From contig OZ242320.1 of assembly GCA_965208125.1 (NCBI GenBank), positions 2,880,001 through 2,944,000 of the forward strand: a stretch of 64,000 bases of DNA. The letters run 5' to 3'. This document shows, in pieces, positions 1 to 9,458 of the stretch (position 1 is its first letter; each line of letters begins with the position of its first letter). The stretch comes from Candidatus Latescibacterota bacterium (lineage in GTDB: Bacteria > Latescibacterota > UBA2968). Position numbers and translations under genes: made by a program. The notes under the pieces are model-generated. The model searched no databases and had not been told where the DNA came from. It worked only from the letters and a program-made list of their open reading frames with translations.

Positions 1-129
1 AATATTATCAATCGAGATATGTCGGGGCGATGTATTCGGGTTGTGGCGGTGGGTATATTTACGTTGTGTCTGAAGAACCCGTGCCGGGCGCTCTTCGCGT
101 GGATGTCCGATATGATAAAGGGGCGTAAT

Positions 130-927
130 ATGAAGACGGTTATTGTTTCAGGCAGTTTTGACGATATGAGGGCGCGCGATATCCGTTTTTTGCAAGAGGC
201 CTCCAGATACGGATGTCTTCACGCGCTGGTGTGGGGGGATGATGCTATTGAAGGGCGACTCAAATTTCCGGAAGAAGAACGCATGTATATGATGGATGCG
301 ATTTGCTATGTGGATCGCGCGACGCTTGTGACGGAGTTGGCAGATAAAGACGGTCTTCCCGATGCGGTCCAGGCCGATATGTGGGTGGTGGATGAACGAG
401 ACGATACGCCGCAGAGACGACATTTTTGCGAGGCGCACAATATCGCATATCGCGTTTTGACCGCAGACGATGTGAGGGGGTTTCCGATAGGGGAGACAGC
501 GGATGGGGATGCGAAAAATAAAAAAGTGATTGTTACGGGGTGTTTTGACTGGTTTCACTCCGGGCATGTCCGATTTTTTGAAGAGGTGTCGGAGTTGGGC
601 GATTTGTACGTTGTTGTGGGGCACGATGCCAATGTCCGTCTGCTCAAAGGCGAACATCATCCGATGTTCGGTGAAGACGAACGCCGATATGTGGTGCAAT
701 CCGTTTGCTTTGTCAAACAGGGGCTTATTTCCTCTGGCGATGGATGGATGGATGCCGCGCCTGAGATTGCGGTTATTAAACCGGATATTTACGCGGTGAA
801 TGAAGACGGCGATAAGCCGGAGAAGAGAGTTTTTTGCGAGGAACACGGTCTGGAATACGTCGTGTTAAAACGCGCGCCAAAAGAGGGATTGCCCCGCCGA
901 GAGAGCACGGTTTTGCGAGGGTTTTAA
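130..927 (+). CDS. Tandem two-domain cytidylyltransferase/nucleotidyltransferase (HxGH superfamily)
   Basis: Two similar halves: VIVSGSFDDMRARDIRFL and VIVTGCFDWFHSGHVRFF (intact HSGH only in the second), each followed by an E.ER.Y motif; C-terminal RRESTVLR. ATG at 130 after AAAGGGG preferred over ORF start 19. Confidence 0.85.
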   Translation: MKTVIVSGSFDDMRARDIRFLQEASRYGCLHALVWGDDAIEGRLKFPEEERMYMMDAICYVDRATLVTELADKDGLPDAVQADMWVVDERDDTPQRRHFCEAHNIAYRVLTADDVRGFPIGETADGDAKNKKVIVTGCFDWFHSGHVRFFEEVSELGDLYVVVGHDANVRLLKGEHHPMFGEDERRYVVQSVCFVKQGLISSGDGWMDAAPEIAVIKPDIYAVNEDGDKPEKRVFCEEHGLEYVVLKRAPKEGLPRRESTVLRGF

Positions 928-931
928 TTCT

Positions 932-3274
932 CTATTCGTACCGTATCAAATCTACAGGATTGGTCCGTGTGGCCCAATAGGATCGAATCCCTACGGTGAG
1001 CAGGGCAATTGCTAATGCGGCTATTGTACTTAGTGTGAAACTCGTGATATTTGGTGTAATGCGGTATGAGAAATTTTGAAGCCAAATGTCTATAGCATAG
1101 TAAGCCACTGGCCAGGCAATCAGGCTGGCGATGGATACCAATTTCATATACTCCTTAGAGAATAGCATCACGATATTTGTAACTGTAGCACCGAGAATCC
1201 TGCGAATACCTATTTCTTTGGTGCGTTGCTGAATCGCAAAAGAAGCCAGGCCGAATAATCCAAGGCAAGCCATTGTAATTGCAATTAGAGAAAAAAGAGT
1301 CAAAAGTCTTCCCATCTTGCGTTCTGATTGATGTAGTCTTGCGAAATATTCGTCAATAAAGAAGTATTCAAATGGAGGTCCAGGAGATATAGACCTCCAT
1401 TGTTTTTTGAGAAGATCAAGCGTGTTTTCAATATTTTTTGTGCGAAGCTTGATGGTAATAAAATTCAGTCTGTCCGCAGGTTGATAGACGAATACCAGGG
1501 GTTCGATATTTTGACGAAATGAAGCGAAGTGAAAATCTTTCACGACGCCGATGACGTGTCTTTCTGCACTACCCCATTTTATCCTGTTTCTCTCTCCCAA
1601 AGACCAATTGAAACGCGTCAGGGCAGTCTGGTTGATGATGACGTATTGCGTTATATCGCTGCTGTGAGCTTCGGAGAAATCCCGGCCTTCTAATAATTCG
1701 ATTCCCAGTGTTTCAAGGAAATTGTAACCAACTTCAATTATTCGAACTGGAATGCGTGTATTTTCAAAAGAGCCTTCGGGGTAAATAGATGCTGTCGTGA
1801 ATCTTGTACCCGGAATACAGTCTGAGATGGTTACGCTGGAGACTTCAGTGAACTTCAGCAACTCATCCTTCAAAACTCTATAGGTATTTTCCGGTATAGG
1901 TGAGATGGGAAGAACTATGACCTGTTCTTTGGCGAATCCCAATCTCTTGGAAGCAATATAATTCAACTGGTTATATACGATGCTTGTGGCAATTATTAAC
2001 ATAATGGATATGGAGAATTGAAAAACGATAAGGATTTGTCTGAATCGTATTCCTCTTAATCCCGTTTCTGAATCTTTTTTCACAACTCTGATGGGTTCAA
2101 ATTTAGATAAATAGAAGGCTGGATATATTCCTGCCATAGTTCCGACGCCTATTACAGAACAAATCACGAAGAGGGCGATATCCCAAAAATGATAGTTGAA
2201 GCCAATCTCTACGGTCGCAAATAGCTGTATCCAGGGAAGAAAATAATAAACTATTCCCCAGGCCAATAGGACAGATAGGAAAGCAAATAAAATGGATTCC
2301 CCTAAGAATTGTTTAATCAACTGAGTGCGGCTTGCTCCAACGACTTTTCTTAAACTGATTTCGTCTGTTCGATTGAGAGATTGTGCTGTTGTCAAATTTG
2401 TGAAATTGATGCAGGCAATAAGCAGAATCAATACGGCAATAGAGGATAGTATATAGACATACAGAATATCGCTATTGGGTTCGATTTCGTTTTCGAGATT
2501 TGAGTGGAGATGAATATCCGTTAAGGGCTGCAAGATAAGCTTTGAGTTGTCTCCATATGAACTTTGTGCTAAAAGGTTCAATGACACATTAAGCATTTCT
2601 GATTTCAAATTTTCAGGGAGTAACAGGTAGGTGTAGAAATGGTGAGAATTTTTACGGGATATTGCCCGCTTATTCGCGCTTTCAAGCGTGGAGAAGGAAA
2701 TTAAGCAGTCGAATTTAAAGTGAGAATTGGAGGGTATATCTTTCAGGATTCCCGTAATTTTGAAATTTTTTTTGAAGGTTTCAAAAACGAGTGTCTGCCC
2801 GAGCGGGTTTGTGTTTCCAAAATACTTGATAGCCATTTGCTTTGATATGACAATTGTATTGGGTTCCCGTAAGGCTGTGTTTATATTGCCCTGGAGAAGC
2901 GAGAATGAGAATACTTTAAAAATGGAAGCGTCGGCAAAGATAATGTCTTCATAATGGCTTTGATCTCGATACTTGAGGGTGTAATGTTTCCAGGGCCACA
3001 GTCGCGTATAAAGGATTTCGGGAAATTCACTTGCCAAGCCCGGTGCGATGGGAGCCGCGATAGATGCCCAGGTTCTATCTTTAATCTGGGAGACTAACCT
3101 GTAGATTCGGTCCGATTTGTCATGATGGCGATCATAGCCGAGTTCGTGCTGCACATATAGCATGAGCATGGTGAAACAGGCGATACCTATTGACAATCCC
3201 ACAATATTGATGATCGAATACATCTTATTTCGAAATAGATTTCGAAGCGCAATAGTAATATAGTTTCTGTACAC
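932..3274 (-). CDS. MacB/FtsX-type ABC transporter permease, duplicated (orphan permease type)
   Basis: N-terminal NYITIALRNLFRNKMYSIINIVGLSIGIAC; LQPLTDIHLHS; ACINFTNL; VIGVVKDFHF; ACLGLFGL..QRTKEIGIRRILGA; C-terminal NPVDLIRYE. GTG start. Confidence 0.92.
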   Translation of the reverse strand: MYRNYITIALRNLFRNKMYSIINIVGLSIGIACFTMLMLYVQHELGYDRHHDKSDRIYRLVSQIKDRTWASIAAPIAPGLASEFPEILYTRLWPWKHYTLKYRDQSHYEDIIFADASIFKVFSFSLLQGNINTALREPNTIVISKQMAIKYFGNTNPLGQTLVFETFKKNFKITGILKDIPSNSHFKFDCLISFSTLESANKRAISRKNSHHFYTYLLLPENLKSEMLNVSLNLLAQSSYGDNSKLILQPLTDIHLHSNLENEIEPNSDILYVYILSSIAVLILLIACINFTNLTTAQSLNRTDEISLRKVVGASRTQLIKQFLGESILFAFLSVLLAWGIVYYFLPWIQLFATVEIGFNYHFWDIALFVICSVIGVGTMAGIYPAFYLSKFEPIRVVKKDSETGLRGIRFRQILIVFQFSISIMLIIATSIVYNQLNYIASKRLGFAKEQVIVLPISPIPENTYRVLKDELLKFTEVSSVTISDCIPGTRFTTASIYPEGSFENTRIPVRIIEVGYNFLETLGIELLEGRDFSEAHSSDITQYVIINQTALTRFNWSLGERNRIKWGSAERHVIGVVKDFHFASFRQNIEPLVFVYQPADRLNFITIKLRTKNIENTLDLLKKQWRSISPGPPFEYFFIDEYFARLHQSERKMGRLLTLFSLIAITMACLGLFGLASFAIQQRTKEIGIRRILGATVTNIVMLFSKEYMKLVSIASLIAWPVAYYAIDIWLQNFSYRITPNITSFTLSTIAALAIALLTVGIRSYWATRTNPVDLIRYE

Positions 3275-3468
3275 AGCGATCTCTCAATTGCATCGGATGG
3301 TTGATCTCAAATAGATTTCCTCATTCTTACATCGTAGAGGATGCACTTTGACAATGAGGGGTGTGAGAGTATTTCAGAATACTATGCTATGAAACTTTAT
3401 CGCGGAGCGTTTTGTCTTTTTATGTAGTAAATTAAGACCTCTATAGCTCTAAATAACAGGATTGTGCG

Positions 3469-5001
3469 ATGTCAAATGTTCTTTTTGATAAATCCGATGT
3501 CGAATCCCATCTTAGGACGCTCGGTTTCGACAGGGTGCTCGCTTATAAGCTCTGGTGTTACCGCAATGGGTTGGATACTGGTCTGGATAAAACCGCTGTT
3601 CAGCGTCAGGCAGAGATTGATCTTCTTCAACGCGAGGTTGAGCAGCGCGATCCCGATGTTAGCCCGAGACACAATGCCCACCGCGCCAAATTTATTGCCC
3701 GTATCTTTAAAGGCGAGCTTCAGGATGAGACTGTCTCTGATTTGCTCTTTCGCATTCGCGCGATTTACAATAATCTCGACGGTGATCCCGACGCGCAACA
3801 AGCTCTGGGCCGCCTCGTTCTCCACGTTGAAAAATATGGCGATTTGATGCGGCCCGCACGCGCCTGCAAGCGTTTTGGTCATACGGTTGTCAATACCTAT
3901 ATCGCCGCTCTTGAGCAACTCGCTCGCAATCACGCGGATTGGATTCGTCCCGTTGAAGATTGGCGACCTAATAGCTATAAACCAGCGCACCAATTCTATA
4001 GTCTTGCGCGTCATCTTCTGGCACAATACGATGTGCCCGCATTTTTTGATACGGCATTTTTACAGGGCAATACATCACAGGCGCGACAGGAACAAGCGTG
4101 GTTTATACACGTTGGCATGGGGCAAAATATCCGCACAGCCGGTGTGCCTATGCGGATCACAAAGCGCATGGCGCATTTGCTTTTGCAAGAAAAACGCAGT
4201 TATCACACTGTTGTTCAGTGCCTTCGCAAGGTTCAGTACGTAGCTTATGGCGGCAATCCGAAGAGTGCCTGGGAAATTGCCCATGGGCCTCTGGGAGAAG
4301 GATTCGAGAACGAAGATTTTTGGGAGACTGTTGTCCATTTCCTCGCCAATCAGGCTTTTCTCGAACGCAGTTACATCAATCCCATTATCGACTATATCCG
4401 CAATCAAAAATTCACGCCTCAGCGCATGCCGCAACCCGATGGCACGGAGATCGAAGGTCCGCCGCCACATCCCAATTTTTGCATGAAGGGCCGCAGTATC
4501 AATAAGCTTCTCCGCCAGGTCGATGTGTGGCATCAAGAGCTTACGGGTTTGGAAGATGTCGAGTTGGAAATCTGGAAGCCCTCTGGTTTTAGAGAATTTG
4601 AACACGTTGCGCTGGATCCCAAGCTCAAACGCAATGTTCAGTGGACGGTTCACGAACTTATCACTTCGCAGCAACTCTACGCCGAGGGACGCATTATGCA
4701 TCACTGTGCGGGGTCTTATACCAGACGTTGTGCCTCGGGTGAGAAATCTCTCTGGTCTTTGCGCGCGCTGGACCTCGACGCTGCTGAGGAAAATCAGGTG
4801 CAGGAACACGTTCTCACCATTGCGGTCAATAATAAGAAAAAAGCCGTCGAGCAAAACGCTGGCAAATTCAATCTCAAACCCTTTGGCAAAAAACATCTCG
4901 CCAGGCGACGCCAAACGGGGAACGTTTACCTTCATCTCCTCCGCGAGGCGCCGACGATTATGCGCCTGTGGATGAATCGCGAAGGGTTGTCCCATGGATA
5001 A
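3469..5001 (+). CDS. PcfJ-like domain protein
   Basis: C-terminal LLRQVDVWH...WTVHELITSQQLYAEGRIMHHCAGSY..C..G..SLWSL resembles the PcfJ signature (L..EG..M.HCV..Y). Confidence 0.7.
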   Translation: MSNVLFDKSDVESHLRTLGFDRVLAYKLWCYRNGLDTGLDKTAVQRQAEIDLLQREVEQRDPDVSPRHNAHRAKFIARIFKGELQDETVSDLLFRIRAIYNNLDGDPDAQQALGRLVLHVEKYGDLMRPARACKRFGHTVVNTYIAALEQLARNHADWIRPVEDWRPNSYKPAHQFYSLARHLLAQYDVPAFFDTAFLQGNTSQARQEQAWFIHVGMGQNIRTAGVPMRITKRMAHLLLQEKRSYHTVVQCLRKVQYVAYGGNPKSAWEIAHGPLGEGFENEDFWETVVHFLANQAFLERSYINPIIDYIRNQKFTPQRMPQPDGTEIEGPPPHPNFCMKGRSINKLLRQVDVWHQELTGLEDVELEIWKPSGFREFEHVALDPKLKRNVQWTVHELITSQQLYAEGRIMHHCAGSYTRRCASGEKSLWSLRALDLDAAEENQVQEHVLTIAVNNKKKAVEQNAGKFNLKPFGKKHLARRRQTGNVYLHLLREAPTIMRLWMNREGLSHG

Positions 5002-6040
5002 TACTGCGATAGCCGGTCATGCGTTTCCTTTTGTCGAAGTATCCGGTACGGCTTATGACCTGGGTTATCAACACGGCAAACAGGCCGCAGATCTCGTTCA
5101 CAAATATCTCATTTGGATTGATAAACTCACAGGCAAATCCCGCGATGAACTCTGTCAAAGCGCGCGCGCTTTTCATCCCTTGATTGAAAAGCTGAGCCCG
5201 TTGCTTATGGAAGAAATTCGCGGGCTTGCCGATGGCGCGAGTATTTCTTTTGACGAAGCGCTTTTGTGTCAGGCGCGGGGCGAGGCCGCCAGTGTTCCAG
5301 CCGAGGGGTGTACGGCTTTCGCGCTTACTGGCTCTGCGACTGCCGATGGGTATCCTCTGGCTGGTCAAAATCAGGATCTCGCGGTCGAATACGCCGATGT
5401 GGCCATTCTCTTGCATGTCTGTCCTTCTGATGGTCGGCCCCGGGCATTGCTTTTCACTTTTGCGGGACAATTGGGTTATTCGGGTATGAATCAGCACGGT
5501 CTGGCTCATTTTGCCAATGCGCTTTATGATTGTCCCTGGCAGATGGGGCTGCCTCACTATCCGCTCAAACGCATTATGCTGGAGCAGAAGGGGCTGGATG
5601 CCTGTCTTCGGATTCTCAGGCAGCATCCCACCTGTTCTGCCGGGAATATGGTTTTTTGTTTTGGCGATGGGCAGATTGCCGATCTGGAAATCCGCCCCGA
5701 AGGCGTGATGCAATTTACCGATACACATCCCGATGCGATTGTTCATGCCAATCACTATCTCACCCCCGAATTTGCACCCTGCGAAACCAATAGTCTCGCC
5801 GATTCCTGCCCCCGACGCGATAGGATGCGCGATCTGGTCAAAGAACACTGGGGCGATATCACGGTGGATACGATGAAGGCCATTCTCTCGGATCACGATG
5901 GCGACCCGGCAGCGATATGTCGCCACGGTGCTGTAGATATGTTTTCTATTTCGGGTTATATCGCCGAACCCGCGAAGGGGTTGCTTCACGTGAGACGCGG
6001 ACTGGGCTGTACGGGAACGTGGACGGCTTATGAAGTATAG
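4994..6040 (+). CDS. Peptidase C45 / acyl-CoA:6-aminopenicillanate acyltransferase-like Ntn hydrolase
   Basis: SGTAYDLGYQHG, EEIRGLADGA, autocleavage site EG|CTAFA, GQNQD, GMNQHGLA, HANHY; start overlaps the PcfJ stop. Confidence 0.9.
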   Translation: MDNTAIAGHAFPFVEVSGTAYDLGYQHGKQAADLVHKYLIWIDKLTGKSRDELCQSARAFHPLIEKLSPLLMEEIRGLADGASISFDEALLCQARGEAASVPAEGCTAFALTGSATADGYPLAGQNQDLAVEYADVAILLHVCPSDGRPRALLFTFAGQLGYSGMNQHGLAHFANALYDCPWQMGLPHYPLKRIMLEQKGLDACLRILRQHPTCSAGNMVFCFGDGQIADLEIRPEGVMQFTDTHPDAIVHANHYLTPEFAPCETNSLADSCPRRDRMRDLVKEHWGDITVDTMKAILSDHDGDPAAICRHGAVDMFSISGYIAEPAKGLLHVRRGLGCTGTWTAYEV

Positions 6041-6047
6041 TGTTTTT

Positions 6048-6986
6048 TCAGGGGGTCCAGGTTTTGGCGCGTTCGGCGTAGTCGCGGGCCTGGGCGGGGA
6101 TATCTACGCCGACTTCTTCGGACCAGGCTGCGAGGAGCTGTTGATAGATAGGACCGGGTTTGCCGGTGCCGACGGGTTGGAAGTTGAAGCGTGTGATGGG
6201 TACCATGCAGATGGTGGTTGATGTGTACCAGGCTTCGTCGGCTTCTCGCACGTCGTAGGGTTCGATGTCGGTCTCATAGATGGGGATGTTCAGTCTTGTA
6301 GCGAGGTCCATGCAGACCTGACGAGAGACGCCGCGCAGGATATCGTGTGGTTTGGGTGTGTGGATTTCGCCATTGCGGGCGATGAAGAAATTGGTGCCAG
6401 TGCCTTCTGTGATAAAGCCGCGTTCGTCGGTGAGGAGGGCGTTGGCACCTTTTTCCATGCGTTGAGCCTGAAGATTGGCAATCTGGTAGTAGATGCGGCT
6501 GCGGTTTTTGGCTTTGGGATCGATGTACCGGGCGGGTACGGATTGCTGGGGCGTGATGACAAAGTGAGTGCCCTGTTCGTAATAGTGGGCACTGCCTCCA
6601 ATGTGGCGCACGAGCGGGATGACGTTGATGGTGACGATGGGACTGGCACCTTCTGTGACGAGGGTGTCGTAAAAGCCCAGGGCACCCCGGGTGACGTTGT
6701 GCATGATCTGAAAGTCCAGATTTTCCAGGGCGGTCAGATTTTTTTTTATGGTTTTGTGCGTGACGTCTTCCATCTGATCGATGCTGAGGCCGCAGTCGAT
6801 TTCGGCGTATTTCATGGAGGCGTACAGGCGTTTTAGATGGTTGCGAAGGCAGTAGGGTTTTTGCTTGAAGGAGCGGGTCATTTCAAATACCATGTCTCCA
6901 AACATCAGGGCGGAGTCGAAGATGGAGATACGGGCTTCGCGTTCGGGAACGAAGTTTCCGTTGAAATAGACGAGGCGCTGGGGCAT
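6048..6986 (-). CDS. PLP-dependent aminotransferase class IV (branched-chain/D-amino acid transaminase-like)
   Basis: YFNGNFVP..ARISIFDSALMFGDMVFE, PKAKNRSR (PLP lysine), ITEGTGTNFF, ILRGVSR, GKPGPI. Confidence 0.92.
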   Translation of the reverse strand: MPQRLVYFNGNFVPEREARISIFDSALMFGDMVFEMTRSFKQKPYCLRNHLKRLYASMKYAEIDCGLSIDQMEDVTHKTIKKNLTALENLDFQIMHNVTRGALGFYDTLVTEGASPIVTINVIPLVRHIGGSAHYYEQGTHFVITPQQSVPARYIDPKAKNRSRIYYQIANLQAQRMEKGANALLTDERGFITEGTGTNFFIARNGEIHTPKPHDILRGVSRQVCMDLATRLNIPIYETDIEPYDVREADEAWYTSTTICMVPITRFNFQPVGTGKPGPIYQQLLAAWSEEVGVDIPAQARDYAERAKTWTP

Positions 6987-7025
6987 GGGGAGGCCTTTCG
7001 TAAGAGTCGGAGATTGTGAAATGGG

Positions 7026-7043
7026 TTGTTATATATAAAACAA
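7026..7043. promoter_or_regulatory. Near-perfect palindrome, candidate repressor operator between divergent genes
   Basis: TTGTTATATATAAAACAA matches its reverse complement at 16/18 positions; it lies in the AT-rich gap between the aminotransferase and the Gfo/Idh/MocA operon. Confidence 0.45.
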
Positions 7044-7111
7044 TTTTTTTGAAATTCAAGTGAGGATGGCGATGTAGGTCGAACTATAAACCGAAAGAGA
7101 GGATCAAGACA

Positions 7112-8167
7112 ATGGCGGAGCGATATAGAGCGGTGTTAATCGGATGCGGCAGGATGGGGGCGACGATTGACGATGAGGTGCAGGATCGTCCCGACCGTCA
7201 TTTGTGGCTTCCGTATTCACATGCAGCAGCGGCTGTGGCGTGTGAGCGGACGGAGCTCGTAGCGGTTTCGGATGTGGTAGCAGAGAAGGCAGAGGCGATC
7301 CGCCAGCGGTACGAGGTTGCGGTTTGTTATACGGATTATCGGGAGATGATTGAGAAAGAGAAGCCGGATATCGTGTGTATCGCGACCCGTCCCGCGACCC
7401 ATTCAGAGATAACGGTTTTTGCAGCCGAACACGGGATGAAGGGGATTTATTGCGAGAAGCCGTTGTGCTGTTCGATGGCAGAGGCAGACGCGATGGTAGC
7501 AGCGGTTGAGAAGTACGGTGTGAAGTTCAATTACGGTACGCAGCGGCGATATATTCCGGTTTATCGGAAGATGCGGGAACTGGCGGATGCCGGGGAATTG
7601 GGTACGGTGCAGGCTGTCATTGTGCAGGATGGGGTGACAGCGGCGTTGTGGGGGTTAACCCATGGGGCGGATATGATGTTGTTATTAGCCGGAGATGCCG
7701 AGATTGAGTACGTGCAGGGAACCATTGTGTGTGAGGATGAGGATTGGGAGGGCAATCGCCTGAATGTGGATCCGGGCATAGCCAGCGGGTACGTTCGGTT
7801 TGCCAATGGGGTTCACGGATATACAACGGCGGGCAGCGGCTCAGAGTTTGAGATTTGTGGCTCGGAGGGAAAGTTGAGAACGTTTAATAATGCGCTTGCC
7901 TATCAGTTTCGAAAGGCAAGCGGCGTGCGGTATGTGCTGGAGGAGCAGGCATTTCCAGAGGTCCCGTGCGAGAGCGGTACGGTGAATGGGATTCGGGATA
8001 TCGCGGAGGCGCTGGATACTGGGCGAGAGACAAAGGGGCCGGTTCATCTGGCGCGACGGAGCCAGGAGATGGTGATGGGGTTTATTGAGTCGCATAGATT
8101 GGGCGGCGTGCGGGTAAGTTTGCCGATGGAGAACCGAGAACTGTACGTGGGGCGGGAGGGTTGGTGA
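7112..8167 (+). CDS. Gfo/Idh/MocA family NAD(P)-dependent oxidoreductase
   Basis: AVLIGCGRMG Rossmann motif, DIVCIATRPATH, IYCEKPL; AGAGGA RBS. Confidence 0.93.
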   Translation: MAERYRAVLIGCGRMGATIDDEVQDRPDRHLWLPYSHAAAAVACERTELVAVSDVVAEKAEAIRQRYEVAVCYTDYREMIEKEKPDIVCIATRPATHSEITVFAAEHGMKGIYCEKPLCCSMAEADAMVAAVEKYGVKFNYGTQRRYIPVYRKMRELADAGELGTVQAVIVQDGVTAALWGLTHGADMMLLLAGDAEIEYVQGTIVCEDEDWEGNRLNVDPGIASGYVRFANGVHGYTTAGSGSEFEICGSEGKLRTFNNALAYQFRKASGVRYVLEEQAFPEVPCESGTVNGIRDIAEALDTGRETKGPVHLARRSQEMVMGFIESHRLGGVRVSLPMENRELYVGREGW

Positions 8168-8196
8168 GTGCGCGTCATTTATTAAGGAGGATGGTG

Positions 8197-9456
8197 ATGA
8201 AGATCACGGAGATTGAGGTGATTCCGCTTCGGGTCCTGTATGAGGCGCGTATCCGGAAGGCGTATTATCATTTTGCGATGAAGGAGGAAGTGACGGTTTA
8301 TAAGTTTCATACGGATACGGGACTGATAGGGTTGGGGGAGAATGTGGGTTCGCCGTTCGGTCAGGATATGCTGGAGACTTATATCGGGACGGATCCATTT
8401 GACCACGTGATGGGACAGGGGCGGTTTAATCTGGATATGGCATGCTACGATTTGATGGGCAAGCATCTGGGGCTGCCGGCGTGGAAGTTGATGGGGCAGC
8501 AGGTGCGTCAGTGGGTGTCTATGGGGTGGTGGATGCCGTGTATGTCGGTGGAGGATACCGCGGCGGAGGTGCAGATGGCGGCAGAGCGGGGATACCGGGG
8601 GTTGAAGTGCAAGGCACGGGCGTTTTACGATGTGGTGGCATGCGCGCAGGCGATTCAGGATGTAGCGCCGGTAGATTTTCGGGTGGAGTTCGATTTTAAC
8701 GGGGCGCTGATTTGTGTGGAGAAAGCATTGCCAGTGCTGCGGGAGCTGGAGAAGATTCCGGTGGTGAAGGGGGTAGAGGAGCCAATTTTTGCGTATGATG
8801 TTGAAGGGTGGCGCAGGCTGCATGAGGCGATTCGAATACCGTTCTATCTGCACGGGGTGCGGGTGCTGTGTGAGGCGGCGTCGCGGCAGCCGTCGGGACC
8901 GTGGATAGGTCTTCGAGCGGGCGATTTTGATGGGGCGCTTTGCAGCCACGAGTGTGTGCGGGATGCACTGGCGGCGGCCTGGACTTTTGCAGCGGCGAAT
9001 ACGCCGATTTTGTTGCAGTATGTGGGAACGGGGATTACGACGGCGTTTGCGCTTCAGTTGGGCGCGGTGATGCCGACAGCGACGCTACCGGGGGTGACGG
9101 CGAGTCATTCTTATGAGGACGATTTGATTGTGGACGCGCATTCGGTGCAGCGCGGGTTTATGAAGGTTCCAGAGGGACCTGGTCTGGGTGTGGTGCTGGA
9201 TGAGGATGCCGTGGCGAAGTACCTGGATACACCTGCTGTGGAATGGCCCCGGCATGTTTCGGTGCTAACGCTGCCGGGTGGTATCAAACATTATTATCGG
9301 AATTTGCAACAGGCAGAGCGGCTGATGAAACAGGGGGTGGATGAGTCATTTGCGCCGGGCGTGCGCCTGGATGAGTGGGAGGACGATGGGAGCGAGGAAT
9401 TTGACAGGCTGTGGACCCAATTGCAGGCGCAGGATGCGCCGATTTGGGATGGGTAA
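8197..9456 (+). CDS. Mandelate racemase/muconate lactonizing enzyme (enolase superfamily) protein
   Basis: TDTGLIGLGE, DMACYDLMGKHLGLPAWKLMG, KCK, DFNG, EEP, VPEGPGLGVVLDE; AAGGAGG RBS before ATG 8197. Confidence 0.88.
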   Translation: MKITEIEVIPLRVLYEARIRKAYYHFAMKEEVTVYKFHTDTGLIGLGENVGSPFGQDMLETYIGTDPFDHVMGQGRFNLDMACYDLMGKHLGLPAWKLMGQQVRQWVSMGWWMPCMSVEDTAAEVQMAAERGYRGLKCKARAFYDVVACAQAIQDVAPVDFRVEFDFNGALICVEKALPVLRELEKIPVVKGVEEPIFAYDVEGWRRLHEAIRIPFYLHGVRVLCEAASRQPSGPWIGLRAGDFDGALCSHECVRDALAAAWTFAAANTPILLQYVGTGITTAFALQLGAVMPTATLPGVTASHSYEDDLIVDAHSVQRGFMKVPEGPGLGVVLDEDAVAKYLDTPAVEWPRHVSVLTLPGGIKHYYRNLQQAERLMKQGVDESFAPGVRLDEWEDDGSEEFDRLWTQLQAQDAPIWDG

Positions 9457-9458
9457 AG

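Noticed and set aside
4075-5989. Long antisense ORFs (306 and 343 aa), and similar ones at 20326-21387, 37529-38410 and 59578-60381
   Set aside because: They are shadows of well-supported genes on the opposite strand and have no family motifs.
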